In this document: piece by piece, positions 48,903 through 57,939 of the stretch
How positions within the stretch are numbered: the first letter of the stretch is position 1
How the letters are laid out: each line of letters starts with the position of its first letter
Source: an uncultured delta proteobacterium
GTDB lineage: Bacteria > Myxococcota_A > Polyangia > Polyangiales > Polyangiaceae
DNA length: 64,000 nt
Assembly: GCA_963841435.1 (NCBI GenBank)
Contig: CAWJCS010000004.1
Span: 416,001 to 480,000, forward strand
Reading direction: 5' to 3'
The notes under the pieces: generated by a model
Seen by the model: the letters and a program-made list of their open reading frames with translations, nothing else
Told to the model about the DNA's origin: nothing
Databases searched by the model: none
Position numbers and translations under genes: made by a program

Positions 48903-49265
48903 GGGCCGAGCTATCGACGGCGCGCGACCAGGCGCTGGCGCCTGTCGCGGCGGCGGGTCGAGCGCATCGTCAATAGTATCCGAAGCGCGGTTCGACCAAG
49001 CGGCGAATCGACAAATTCGAGTCGCCGCTCTTTTCCTATCGAGCTTGTTACCCTGCGGCCAAGCTACAAACTTCCACATGCGCGCCCTCCCAGTCTCGGC
49101 GCAGTCTGGTAGACGCCGCGTCGTGGCACCTGAAGTGGCATGCGCGCGAGTCACGAGACTGGCGTTGCACGTCTCTGGAGACTAACCTCATGCAGTCGAC
49201 CGAATGCGCCGACGCGGCACACGAAGCATTCGTCCCGAAGACCTCGGTTGCTCCGGAGGCCCATC

Positions 49266-50540
49266 ATGCTGAAGTACCTCGCCGCCCTTCCGCTCCTCCT
49301 CGTCGTGCTCGCCTGCAGCTCGAAGGAGGACAAATCCGGCAAGGCGGCTGGCGCCGCCGGGTCCGGCAACGCCACGAGCTCCGGGGGAACGGCGGGTCAG
49401 TCCGTCATCGACATCGGGGGCTCTAGCGGGACGGGAGGCTCGGGCAGCGGCGCCGCGGCGGGCACCGACGGTGGGACGATTCCTCCCGAGACGGCGGACG
49501 GCCTACGCATGAAGGCCTGCGCGGGTTGGACGAGCGAGCCCGAACTCTTGCCGACGGTCCTCCAGCTCGTCGTCAACACGAGCCAGTCGATGAGCGAGAC
49601 CACGCGCGCGACCAACGGCATGTCGAAGTGGGTCATCACGCGCGACGCCCTCGCCATCGCCATCGACACTTTGCCCGCGACAACGTCCGTCGGCGTTCTG
49701 TACTACCCGAACATGATGACCCAGGGCAGCGACACCCCGCGCAACGTCTCCGCGTGCGTCAACGTGAACGCGTTGATCCCCGTGGTGCTGCTCGGTGACG
49801 CGGGTTCGCAACAGCGCCAGCGCATCTCGATGTCACTGAACGCCGCCGGGCCGAACGGTTCCACGCCGACCCACGACGCGTACCACTACGCGCTCGAGAA
49901 CGGCATGAAGAAGGCCGAAGAAGAGGGCAACAAGTTCATGATCCTCATCACGGACGGCGCCCCGACGCTCGCCCTCGAATGCATCGGTCAAGGCACGCCG
50001 CGCCAGCCGTCGCCCACTCAGCCCATCGTCAACGAGGTGCTCGCGACGCGCGAGGAGGGCATACGGACGTTCATCATCGGCTCGCCCGGCACGGAGAACA
50101 ACGGTAACGGCGAGGACTCGCGGCCCTGGATGTCGCGAGCGGCCGTGCTCGGGGGCACCGCGCGCTCGGGGTGCTCGCTCGGCGGACCGAACTACTGCCA
50201 CATCGATCTTTCGCAGGAGTCGGACTTCGCGGGAGCATTGAACGCCGCCCTCGCGCGCATCCTCGGTCAGATCGTGTCGTGCAGCTTCGAGCTGCCCACC
50301 CCGCCGGCGGGGGAAACGCTCGATCTCTCGCAGATCAACGTGATCTACACGCCGGGCTCCGGCGGCGACGAGCTCGTCGGGCGCGACGATTCACCGGATT
50401 GCCAAGACGGCTGGCAACTCGACTCGAACAACCGCGTCGTGTTGTGCCCGAACACGTGCGACATGGTGCAGCGCGATCCGCAGGGCAGCGTCGAGCTCTT
50501 GTTCGGCTGCGCTTCCGAGGTGTCAGAGCCGGTCAAGTAG
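49266..50540 (+). CDS. Gly-rich vWA lipoprotein (paralog 5, altered MIDAS)
   Basis: ATG 49266; lipobox VLAC; NTSQS in place of DxSxS, GSTP, LITDG. Confidence 0.85.
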   Translation: MLKYLAALPLLLVVLACSSKEDKSGKAAGAAGSGNATSSGGTAGQSVIDIGGSSGTGGSGSGAAAGTDGGTIPPETADGLRMKACAGWTSEPELLPTVLQLVVNTSQSMSETTRATNGMSKWVITRDALAIAIDTLPATTSVGVLYYPNMMTQGSDTPRNVSACVNVNALIPVVLLGDAGSQQRQRISMSLNAAGPNGSTPTHDAYHYALENGMKKAEEEGNKFMILITDGAPTLALECIGQGTPRQPSPTQPIVNEVLATREEGIRTFIIGSPGTENNGNGEDSRPWMSRAAVLGGTARSGCSLGGPNYCHIDLSQESDFAGALNAALARILGQIVSCSFELPTPPAGETLDLSQINVIYTPGSGGDELVGRDDSPDCQDGWQLDSNNRVVLCPNTCDMVQRDPQGSVELLFGCASEVSEPVK

Positions 50541-50591
50541 CTGCCGTGCCACTGCGCGGTGCGCTCGTCGCGCCGGCGGAGGCGCCGCCGT

Positions 50592-51065
50592 TCAGTTGCC
50601 GCGATGGGCGAGCGTGCGCCGGCCGTCGCGGAACATCACGCTGACCTTGTCGTCCTCGCGAACGCCCTCGACGTACCCTTCGCCGAACTTGGGATGAAGG
50701 ATGAGCTGACCGACGGCCAGGTGCTCTTCCATCGAGTAACGAGTGAAGGCGTCAACGGCCTTGCCGAGCGTGTGCGACGCCCAGGTGCCGTACCGCTGTT
50801 CCTCTTCGCGCGCCCTCTGGGCGGCGCGGACGCCGGCCGTGGCGGGGCGCTTCGAAGCGGGGCCCGCGGCGTCGCCGCGGCGACGCACGACGGGTGCGAC
50901 GCCCCCGGATGAGCGCGGAGCCCGGTACACGTGCTCTCCGCCGCACGTGAGGCAGACCACGCGCTTGGGTGCGGCGCCGACCATCGCCACGACGCGGTGG
51001 CCGAGGTCCATGCGGCACTTGGTACACCAGGCATCGATTTCGCTGCCCGCTCCGAACGCCTTCAC
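50592..51065 (-). CDS. Zinc-ribbon protein with a C-terminal PcrA/UvrD-Tudor-like motif
   Basis: CTKC...CLTC; C-terminal VGQLILHPKFGEGYV. Confidence 0.75.
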   Translation of the reverse strand: MKAFGAGSEIDAWCTKCRMDLGHRVVAMVGAAPKRVVCLTCGGEHVYRAPRSSGGVAPVVRRRGDAAGPASKRPATAGVRAAQRAREEEQRYGTWASHTLGKAVDAFTRYSMEEHLAVGQLILHPKFGEGYVEGVREDDKVSVMFRDGRRTLAHRGN

Positions 51066-51595
51066 GCGCCCCTCCTGTTGGCCGGCGCGGCCTCCTCGGG
51101 AGCCGGTGTGGGAGGTGCTGCGGGTGGCTCGGGGCTCGCGTCAGCGCGCCGCACCCCGACCGACGAGCGCACCTCCGGCGTGCTCGCGCGCGCCTCGTTG
51201 GGGACGAACCGCACCGTCGTCCGGATTTCGAACGACACGGCCGTGAGCGCCTTGGCGAGCTCGTCGGCGAGGCTCGTGTGCTCCAAGATGTCACGGACCT
51301 CCCGGGCGACGACGCGGTAGAGGCCCGACTTGGTCTCGTCGAGCTGGCTCAAGATGCCGGCGAGTGCCTCGCGCGGCAGCTTCAGGTCTCCCACGACGCG
51401 GCGGACGTTCTCGGGACCTTCGCTGAGCTTCTCGACGCCCGCTTCGACGATGCGCCGGATGAGCTCGGCCACGGGGCGGTCACTGAGGCGTTCGGTGTGG
51501 TCAACGTCGTCCTTGCGGGGCGTCGGCGGTTCACTCTTCACGCATGAACGCGTACCGCCCGCCGCGGCGAGCGTCGAAATCCCGAGAACCACCAC
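51062..51595 (-). CDS. Hypothetical helical protein (start uncertain, possibly GTG 51541)
   Basis: Ordered core ELIRRIVEAG...FEIRTTVRFVP; its stop overlaps the downstream GTG. Confidence 0.65.
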   Translation of the reverse strand: MVVLGISTLAAAGGTRSCVKSEPPTPRKDDVDHTERLSDRPVAELIRRIVEAGVEKLSEGPENVRRVVGDLKLPREALAGILSQLDETKSGLYRVVAREVRDILEHTSLADELAKALTAVSFEIRTTVRFVPNEARASTPEVRSSVGVRRADASPEPPAAPPTPAPEEAAPANRRGA

Positions 51596-51620
51596 CCGGC
51601 GGGCGGGCTAGAATGTGCAC

Positions 51621-52922
51621 GTGTTAACCCATGACCACCGAGCCAGGCGGGAGCGCCTCATGGGCGAGCTCGCTCGCGGCGCGCTCGTCCTCTTCTCCGC
51701 CAAATTGCAGCTCCGAAACAACAACGTCGAGCAGGAGTGGCGTCAGGATTCGGATTTTCATTACCTGTCCGGGTGGGACGAGCCCGATAGCGTCCTCGTC
51801 CTGCGAGGCGGGCCGGACGCGAAGTTCGTGCTCTTCGTGCCGCCGCGCGACCCCAATCGCGAGACGTGGGACGGACCACGGGCGGGTGTGGCGGGCGCGG
51901 AAGCCGACTTCGGAGCCGATGCTGCGTATCCGATCGCGGAGCTCGACGCACGGCTGCCCGAGTTGCTCTCCAACATCGAGAGCGTGCACTACCGGCTCGG
52001 GCGAGAGCGCCGGGACGACGAGGTCGTCCTGCGCGCGCTCGACGGCGTGCGGCGGCTCGCGCGTCGTGGCGTGACTTTTCCCCACGCCATCGTGGACCCG
52101 GCGGCTTCCCTGCACGAGCATCGGCTCTGCAAGACCGACGCCGAGGTACAGAGCATGGTCCACGCGGCTCGGATCACCGGTGAAGGTCATCGCGAGGTCA
52201 TGCAGCGGGTGGCCGCTGGGATGTACGAATACGAGGCCGAAGCCGTGCTTCGCGGGGCTTTTCGCCGGGCCGGCTCCGAGCGTCAGGCGTATCCGCCCAT
52301 CGTGGGGTCGGGTCCGAACGCGACCATCTTGCACTATCGGAAGAACGACCGGCGGATGGCCGACGGTGACCTGCTCTTGGTGGACGCCGGTTGCGAGTAC
52401 GACTACTACGCGAGCGACGTGACTCGGACCTTTCCCGTCAGCGGGCGTTTCAGTCCCGAGCAGCGCGCCGTCTACGACGTCGTGCTCGCCGCCCAGACCG
52501 CGGCCATCGACGCCGTGCGCCCGGGCGCGACCCTCGACGAGGTCCACCGCGTGGCGCTCGCGGTGCTCGCGGAGGGCCTCATCGACCTCGGCGTCGTCGA
52601 AGGGTCCGTCGATCGCGTCCTCGCCGACGAGCTCTACAAGCCTTGGTACATGCATCGCACGAGCCACTGGCTCGGGATGGACGTTCACGACGTCGGCGCG
52701 TACCACGAGGCCGGCAAGCCGCGCTCGCTCGAACCTGGCATGGTGCTCACCGTCGAGCCGGGGCTCTACTTCGGCGCGAACGACGAGCGCGTGAAACCCG
52801 CGCTACGCGGGATCGGCGTGCGTATCGAGGACGACGTGCTCACGACCACGAGCGCCCCTCGGGTCCTCAGTGAGTCGATCCCGAAGGCGATCGACGCGAT
52901 CGAGCAAGCGTGCCGCGGGTAG
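51621..52922 (+). CDS. pepP: Xaa-Pro aminopeptidase
   Basis: RQDSDFHYLSG, DAGCE, ASDVTRTFP, HRTSHWLGMDVHD, EPGLY, GVRIEDD. Start at GTG 51621 or 51615. Confidence 0.93.
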   Translation: MLTHDHRARRERLMGELARGALVLFSAKLQLRNNNVEQEWRQDSDFHYLSGWDEPDSVLVLRGGPDAKFVLFVPPRDPNRETWDGPRAGVAGAEADFGADAAYPIAELDARLPELLSNIESVHYRLGRERRDDEVVLRALDGVRRLARRGVTFPHAIVDPAASLHEHRLCKTDAEVQSMVHAARITGEGHREVMQRVAAGMYEYEAEAVLRGAFRRAGSERQAYPPIVGSGPNATILHYRKNDRRMADGDLLLVDAGCEYDYYASDVTRTFPVSGRFSPEQRAVYDVVLAAQTAAIDAVRPGATLDEVHRVALAVLAEGLIDLGVVEGSVDRVLADELYKPWYMHRTSHWLGMDVHDVGAYHEAGKPRSLEPGMVLTVEPGLYFGANDERVKPALRGIGVRIEDDVLTTTSAPRVLSESIPKAIDAIEQACRG

Positions 52923-53533
52923 CGTTGCTCCTCGGGCTCGGGCTCGTCGCGAGCGCCGGCCCGGCGTTCGCGCAGCAGGCGTTCGTCGGTCCCGACCTCT
53001 CCCCGGGCATCGCCACCACGACGCCCCCCGAAGGCGGGCCCTACGTTCACGGCTTCGGGACGGTGTCCTTCGGCAAGGGCTTCCGCTTCAACAACCCGTA
53101 TCGGCTTGCCAAGCCCATCGGCGACAGCCCCGAGTCCGTGTCGTTCACGGCGGGCTACCTCGACCTCGGGCTCGGCGCGACGTTCGGACCCGTCAAGGGG
53201 CTGCAGCACGGGGGCGAGGTCGCGCTCGCGATCGCGACGGACGGTATCTCGCAGCAAGTGCTCGGGCTGTCCTACGTGGCGCTCTGGCCCCTCGCCGATC
53301 AGGCGCTTTTGCGCGGCCGCGCGGGCTTTCCCATCGTGCTCGGCCCCGACGCGAACATCGGTCTCGAGGTCGCTGCGGGGGGCGCCTGGCTGTTCACGGG
53401 CGGCCTGGGCGTCTCCGCGGAGCTCGTCGGAAGCCTCTACTACGGTGCGGCAACCCTCGACGCGTCAACCTCGGCCATTCCGCTGCTCACCTTCGAGCTC
53501 GGGGTGTGGATCGACTACGAGGTCTTGCCGTGA
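52910..53533 (+). CDS. Small outer-membrane beta-barrel-like hypothetical protein
   Basis: Signal peptide (AFA-Q) and about 8 amphipathic strands. Confidence 0.65.
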   Translation: MPRVALLLGLGLVASAGPAFAQQAFVGPDLSPGIATTTPPEGGPYVHGFGTVSFGKGFRFNNPYRLAKPIGDSPESVSFTAGYLDLGLGATFGPVKGLQHGGEVALAIATDGISQQVLGLSYVALWPLADQALLRGRAGFPIVLGPDANIGLEVAAGGAWLFTGGLGVSAELVGSLYYGAATLDASTSAIPLLTFELGVWIDYEVLP

Positions 53534-53928
53534 GCACCTCGTTCGGCAAGAGGGCGCTCGTGCGCGCGGGGCTCGCCCTCGTCGTCGTGCTGTTCTGCAT
53601 GGGGCCGACGCCGCCCGGCAACGTCGGCGGGTGCGGTCAGCACGCTCAGCCGCTCGATGCCACCATCTTCTTCCAGGAGTGGGCCACGATCGACTGCGAG
53701 AAGTGCACCGAGTGCAACTTCCAGAGCATGCGCTGCACCGACGCCTGCGACGCGGCGAACCTGCAGACGGCGTTCCGCGAGGGGTGCGCACCGCTCGTCC
53801 ACGACGGCGAGGTCTGCCTTCGGGCGCTACGCGCCGCCGACTGCAACGAGTACAAGGATTACGCCAAGGACGACGGCCCGCTCGTGCCCACCGAGTGTCG
53901 TTTTTGTCCTCCGGGGGTGGCACCGTGA
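53530..53928 (+). CDS. Cys-rich secreted or membrane-anchored small protein
   Basis: GTG 53530 overlaps the upstream stop; hydrophobic N-terminus; 12 Cys in 132 aa. Confidence 0.68.
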   Translation: MSTSFGKRALVRAGLALVVVLFCMGPTPPGNVGGCGQHAQPLDATIFFQEWATIDCEKCTECNFQSMRCTDACDAANLQTAFREGCAPLVHDGEVCLRALRAADCNEYKDYAKDDGPLVPTECRFCPPGVAP

Positions 53929-55055
53929 ACCGCGCGTGGTCCGCAGCCGCCGTGGTCGTCGCCTCGTTCGTCGCCACGGGGGGCGGCTGCGGCGTCGGAC
54001 GTCAGCTCGTCACCCCGCGCGAGCAGTACCGGCTCTATCGCGAGACCCACGTGGCCCCGACCGTCGAGGCGCGACTCGCCGCCGGGCACAGGTACCTGAA
54101 GCTTGCGCCGGACGGAGAGTACGCGCCCGAGGTGCGGTCGTGGTTCTCGAGCACCGAGCGCGATGTCGTGCTCAGGGCTCACGACAGCCTGCCCCGGTTG
54201 CGCGCCTACCTGGCTGCGCTGCCCGACGGGCCGCGGGCGGGCGAGGTGCGGCAACGCGAGCGGGAGCTCGAGGACGTTCTCGGCTCGGCCAAAGATCGAG
54301 AGCTCAACCGGGACGCGCGGCTTGCGAATCTCCAGGCGGATCTCGAGCGCGCTGCCGAACAGCGCAGCGCCTTCCTCGAGCAACTGCGGACGTGGATCGG
54401 CCGCCTGTCCGAGGCGCGCGCCTGGGGACAGGCGCCCACGAGCCTCGACGCAGCGCTCGTTTCCGACCTCGCGCTCGACGATCCAGCGACGTGCCAGCTC
54501 GACGTCTGCGAGAAGTCGCTGGTCGCGCGCTTCGCCATCCCCCACGCGCAGGGGCGCCTCGTGCCCCGGGACGCATCGTTCGGCGTCGAGATCGTGCTTT
54601 CTGGCGGAAGCGTCGCCGAGATTCGCCTGCAGGGTCGGGAGCTCTTCAGCCGCGTGGGCGAAGCCCTCGACCTGAAAGCCGTGTCGTTCGCCGACCCGCT
54701 GGCGCGCGCCGAGGCCATCGGCCGCGCGCTCGTGCTGGTCACGGGCGCGCTCGGCGATCGATTCCCCGAGGATCGTTGCGCGCGGCCCGCCGTGAGCCCC
54801 GTCGTGCTCGATCGCGCCTGCGACGGCACGCGCATCACCGTCACGGCCGCAGTCGACACGGGGCAGAGCGACGTCATCGCGTTCGCTCCTGAGCCGGTCC
54901 CGGCTCCCGATGCGGGCGCCCCACCGGGCAAGCGGGGGCAGAAAGCAAAACCTGCTCCCGCCGCGAAGCCCGTCGCGCCCGCCACACCGTCGGCTGCACC
55001 CGCGCCACCGGTGGGCACAGCGCCCGCATTCGGCGCGCCGGTTCCGGGGAACTGA
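53925..55055 (+). CDS. Hypothetical lipoprotein (YLxxxPDG repeats, coiled coil, Pro/Ala tail)
   Basis: GTG 53925; hydrophobic N-terminus then GGGC; YLKLAPDGEYA and YLAALPDGPRA. Confidence 0.68.
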   Translation: MNRAWSAAAVVVASFVATGGGCGVGRQLVTPREQYRLYRETHVAPTVEARLAAGHRYLKLAPDGEYAPEVRSWFSSTERDVVLRAHDSLPRLRAYLAALPDGPRAGEVRQRERELEDVLGSAKDRELNRDARLANLQADLERAAEQRSAFLEQLRTWIGRLSEARAWGQAPTSLDAALVSDLALDDPATCQLDVCEKSLVARFAIPHAQGRLVPRDASFGVEIVLSGGSVAEIRLQGRELFSRVGEALDLKAVSFADPLARAEAIGRALVLVTGALGDRFPEDRCARPAVSPVVLDRACDGTRITVTAAVDTGQSDVIAFAPEPVPAPDAGAPPGKRGQKAKPAPAAKPVAPATPSAAPAPPVGTAPAFGAPVPGN

Positions 55056-55088
55056 CGGCCGTCCGAGGACTGACCAGCGTCGAGCATC

Positions 55089-55988
55089 GTGACCCCGCTC
55101 ATCCCGTACATCGAGCTACCGGATCTCGTGCTGCTCCCCGCGCATGCGCTGCACGGGTTCCCACCCGTGCCGATTGCGCTCAAGCCGTTCGGTACGCTCG
55201 TCGCGTGCGGTGTCTACTTCGGCACTTCCTCCGCCGTTCGTCACGCGCGCCGGCTCGGCATGAACGAGAAGGCGATGGTTTCGTTTCTCACGTACATCGT
55301 CGTCATCAGCTTCGTGTTCGGTCACATGCTGGACACGCTGACCTACTACCCGGGCGAAGTGATGCGAGATCCTTTCGTGCTCTTGCGGCTGTGGGAAGGC
55401 CTTTCGAGCTTCGGCGGGTTCACTGGCGCCATCGTGGCGGGCTTTCTCTGGCGGGCGCGGCACCGCACACCGATTCTCGCGTACACGGACGTCGTCACCG
55501 CGTCGTTCCCCGTGAGCTGGACGTTCGGGCGACTGGGGTGCAGCATCGCGCACGATCACCCGGGAATCCGGAGCAACGCCTGGTTCGCGGTGAAGTACCC
55601 CGACGGTGGTCGGCTCGATCTCGGCCTCCTGGAGCTCGTCGTCACCGTCATCATGATGATCACGTTCCTTCGGCTCGCGCGTCGGCCGCGCCCGTGGGGT
55701 TTCTTCGCCGGATGGATGTGCGCTTCGTACGCGCCCATTCGCTTTGCCCTGGATTTCCTGCGGGAGCGGGAGTTCGCCCCCGTGCCGGGGCTGATGACGG
55801 GTGGCGACGCCCGTTACCTCGCGCTGACGCCCGCACAATGGGGTTGCCTGCCACTCTTCGCCGTCGGGGTCCTCTTGCTCGCCCGCTTGCCGCGAGCGGG
55901 CACGACCCTGCCGCCCGTGCCGCTGGCCTTCCGGCGTTCAGTTCCGAAACCAGAGCGCGTGGTGAGCGACGCGCGCCCGGACCGGTAG
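55089..55988 (+). CDS. Prolipoprotein diacylglyceryl transferase (Lgt) family protein, non-canonical
   Basis: LWEGLSSFGG, FGRLGC, IRFALDFLR and LTPAQW align with the Lgt motif positions. Confidence 0.8.
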   Translation: MTPLIPYIELPDLVLLPAHALHGFPPVPIALKPFGTLVACGVYFGTSSAVRHARRLGMNEKAMVSFLTYIVVISFVFGHMLDTLTYYPGEVMRDPFVLLRLWEGLSSFGGFTGAIVAGFLWRARHRTPILAYTDVVTASFPVSWTFGRLGCSIAHDHPGIRSNAWFAVKYPDGGRLDLGLLELVVTVIMMITFLRLARRPRPWGFFAGWMCASYAPIRFALDFLREREFAPVPGLMTGGDARYLALTPAQWGCLPLFAVGVLLLARLPRAGTTLPPVPLAFRRSVPKPERVVSDARPDR

Positions 55989-56870
55989 TCGGCCGGGCGT
56001 CTCGCCGTCGAGATCGACCAGCACGTTGCCCTGGGGCGCGAGCGGGACCGCTTCGATCACCTCGCCGCGCGCCTGCTCGATCCCGGGTCGGCCGATGTGC
56101 GTGCCGCGATAGATGTGGCTCGTGAGGCCGACGACGGCGAGCCGCGTGAGGTCGCCGATGGCGACGACGTCGAGCGCGCCATCGTCAACCGACGCGTCAG
56201 GGGCCACCATCATGCCTCCGCCGAAGTACCGGCCGTTGGCGATCGCGACGTTGACGATTGGACCCTCGAGCCAAACCTTGCCGTCGATGCTCACGCGCAC
56301 CGGCGCGTTTTTGTACGCGACGAGCCCGCGCACGGTACCGAGGTAGAAGGCGGCCTTGCCGCCGAGCCATTTCGGGCCATCGTTGACGATGCGGTCGGTG
56401 AGGCCGCCGAGCCCGAAGCTCGCAATGTTGACGAACGCCTTGACGGCCGGCTCGCCGCGATGGCCCACGAGCTCGAGCACGCCGAGATCCACGGGCCTCG
56501 GCTCGTTCTTCACGATGAGCTCGACCAGCGTGTCGAGCTTCGTCTCGACGACCCCGAGCGTTCGCCGAAAGTCGCCCCCGGTCCCGAACGGCACGAGCGC
56601 GAGCGGCGGCCCGCCGAGCGGCCGACCCTCGGGGTCGAGGTACGCCTGGCTCACGTCGTTCAGCGTCCCGTCACCCCCCACGACGGCCACGAGGTTGACA
56701 TGTCCGCCGAAACAGGACCGCGCGAGGCGCTTGGCGTCCCCCGGTGCCTTGGTTTCGAGGAGCTCTGCCGCCGCGCCGTGTCGCTCGAAAGCGCGTTTGA
56801 GCGCCGGTGCAGCGCGAGCTCCAGCACCGCCGCCGGCCTTTGGGTTGACGATGACCCGAACGCTTAGCAC
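55938..56870 (-). CDS. Diacylglycerol kinase family (YegS/DagK-like) lipid kinase
   Basis: IVNPKAG, GGDGT, PFGTGGDF, NGRYFGGG, DGE. Confidence 0.9.
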   Translation of the reverse strand: MLSVRVIVNPKAGGGAGARAAPALKRAFERHGAAAELLETKAPGDAKRLARSCFGGHVNLVAVVGGDGTLNDVSQAYLDPEGRPLGGPPLALVPFGTGGDFRRTLGVVETKLDTLVELIVKNEPRPVDLGVLELVGHRGEPAVKAFVNIASFGLGGLTDRIVNDGPKWLGGKAAFYLGTVRGLVAYKNAPVRVSIDGKVWLEGPIVNVAIANGRYFGGGMMVAPDASVDDGALDVVAIGDLTRLAVVGLTSHIYRGTHIGRPGIEQARGEVIEAVPLAPQGNVLVDLDGETPGRLPVRARVAHHALWFRN

Positions 56871-57003
56871 CCAAGCAGGATCGCATGCCGAGGGCCTCGG
56901 CCGGCCCCTTTTTGGTCCGCCCCTCCGTTGCCCAGCGGGCTGGCCGGGAGGCTCGGCAGGCCCGCCGTACCTCCCCGGGAACCCGGTGTTGCGACGCCAC
57001 GAC

Positions 57004-57032
57004 TTGAAAGACTGCCCGCGGAGGGCTACGTT
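57004..57032 (+). promoter_or_regulatory. Sigma70-type promoter of the RRM gene
   Basis: TTGAAA (57004-57009), 17 nt spacer, TACGTT (57027-57032). Confidence 0.5.
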
Positions 57033-57087
57033 CTAAGGGCTGGGTGGCTCCCCCCGCCTCCTGGGAGACTGCCGAAATCGAGCAACG

Positions 57088-57939
57088 ATGGCGACCGAGG
57101 ACGCAAGAAAGCTCTTCGTAGCTGGCTTGTCGGAGTCCGTCACGGAGGATGCGCTCCGCGAGATCTTCGAGGCGGCCGGCGGCAGCGTCGTCGACGTGAG
57201 CTTGCCGCGCGATCGCGCAACGGGCCGACCGCGCGGCTTCGGCTTCGTGACGTTCTCGACCGCCGAGGAAGCCGCCCAGGCCCGCAACTCGCTCGATGGC
57301 TCGCTTCAAGCCGGGCGGGCGATGTCCGTCCGCCCGTTCTCCTCGGAGCCTCCGCGGCGCGGCGAGACGCGAACTGATGGGGGCGCCGCGAGCGCCAGCG
57401 AGGATCGCACGCTCTACGTGGGAAATCTTCCGTACGACGCGTCTCAGCAAGAGGTCACGGATTTCCTCGGTGAGCACGGCGTGACGGCGATCGTTCGAGT
57501 GCACTTGCCGAGCGGCCCCGACGGTCGGCCGCGTGGCTTCGGCTTCGTGACGCTCGGTACCGCAGAAGCCGCGAACGAAGCGATCATCCAGCTCCGCGGT
57601 GTCGAGGTGCGCGGTCGGCGGTTGCTCGTGAACATTGCGCACCCGCGGGGCGCGTCGCCCGGCGGGGCTGGCGGTCGCGGTGCTGGTCCGCGCCCGCCAC
57701 GCGAAGACGGTTGGGCGCCCGATCCGCGCTTCTCCGGTCCGCCACCGGGGGCGGACTTCGCTGCCGGTGGCGACACGCGCCGCCGCGGCACTGGCGCGCC
57801 CGGTGCTGGTGAAGAGGAGGGCGAGGGTCGCAAGCCCGTGAAGAAGCGCGGGGCCGGTGGGCGCAAGCGTGAACCGCAGGGCGGCGAGCGTGGCGGCGGC
57901 GGCAACTGGCGCTCCTGGAGCCGCGACGACGACGAGTAG
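57088..57939 (+). CDS. RNA-binding protein with two RRM domains and a Gly/Arg-rich tail
   Basis: RNP2 LFVAGL and LYVGNL; RNP1 RGFGFVTF and RGFGFVTL. Confidence 0.9.
   Translation: MATEDARKLFVAGLSESVTEDALREIFEAAGGSVVDVSLPRDRATGRPRGFGFVTFSTAEEAAQARNSLDGSLQAGRAMSVRPFSSEPPRRGETRTDGGAASASEDRTLYVGNLPYDASQQEVTDFLGEHGVTAIVRVHLPSGPDGRPRGFGFVTLGTAEAANEAIIQLRGVEVRGRRLLVNIAHPRGASPGGAGGRGAGPRPPREDGWAPDPRFSGPPPGADFAAGGDTRRRGTGAPGAGEEEGEGRKPVKKRGAGGRKREPQGGERGGGGNWRSWSRDDDE

Noticed and set aside
49120-49145. TGGCAC...GGC as a sigma54 promoter between the divergent vWA genes
   Set aside because: The GG-to-GC spacing is 11 rather than the required 10, and there is no TTGC.
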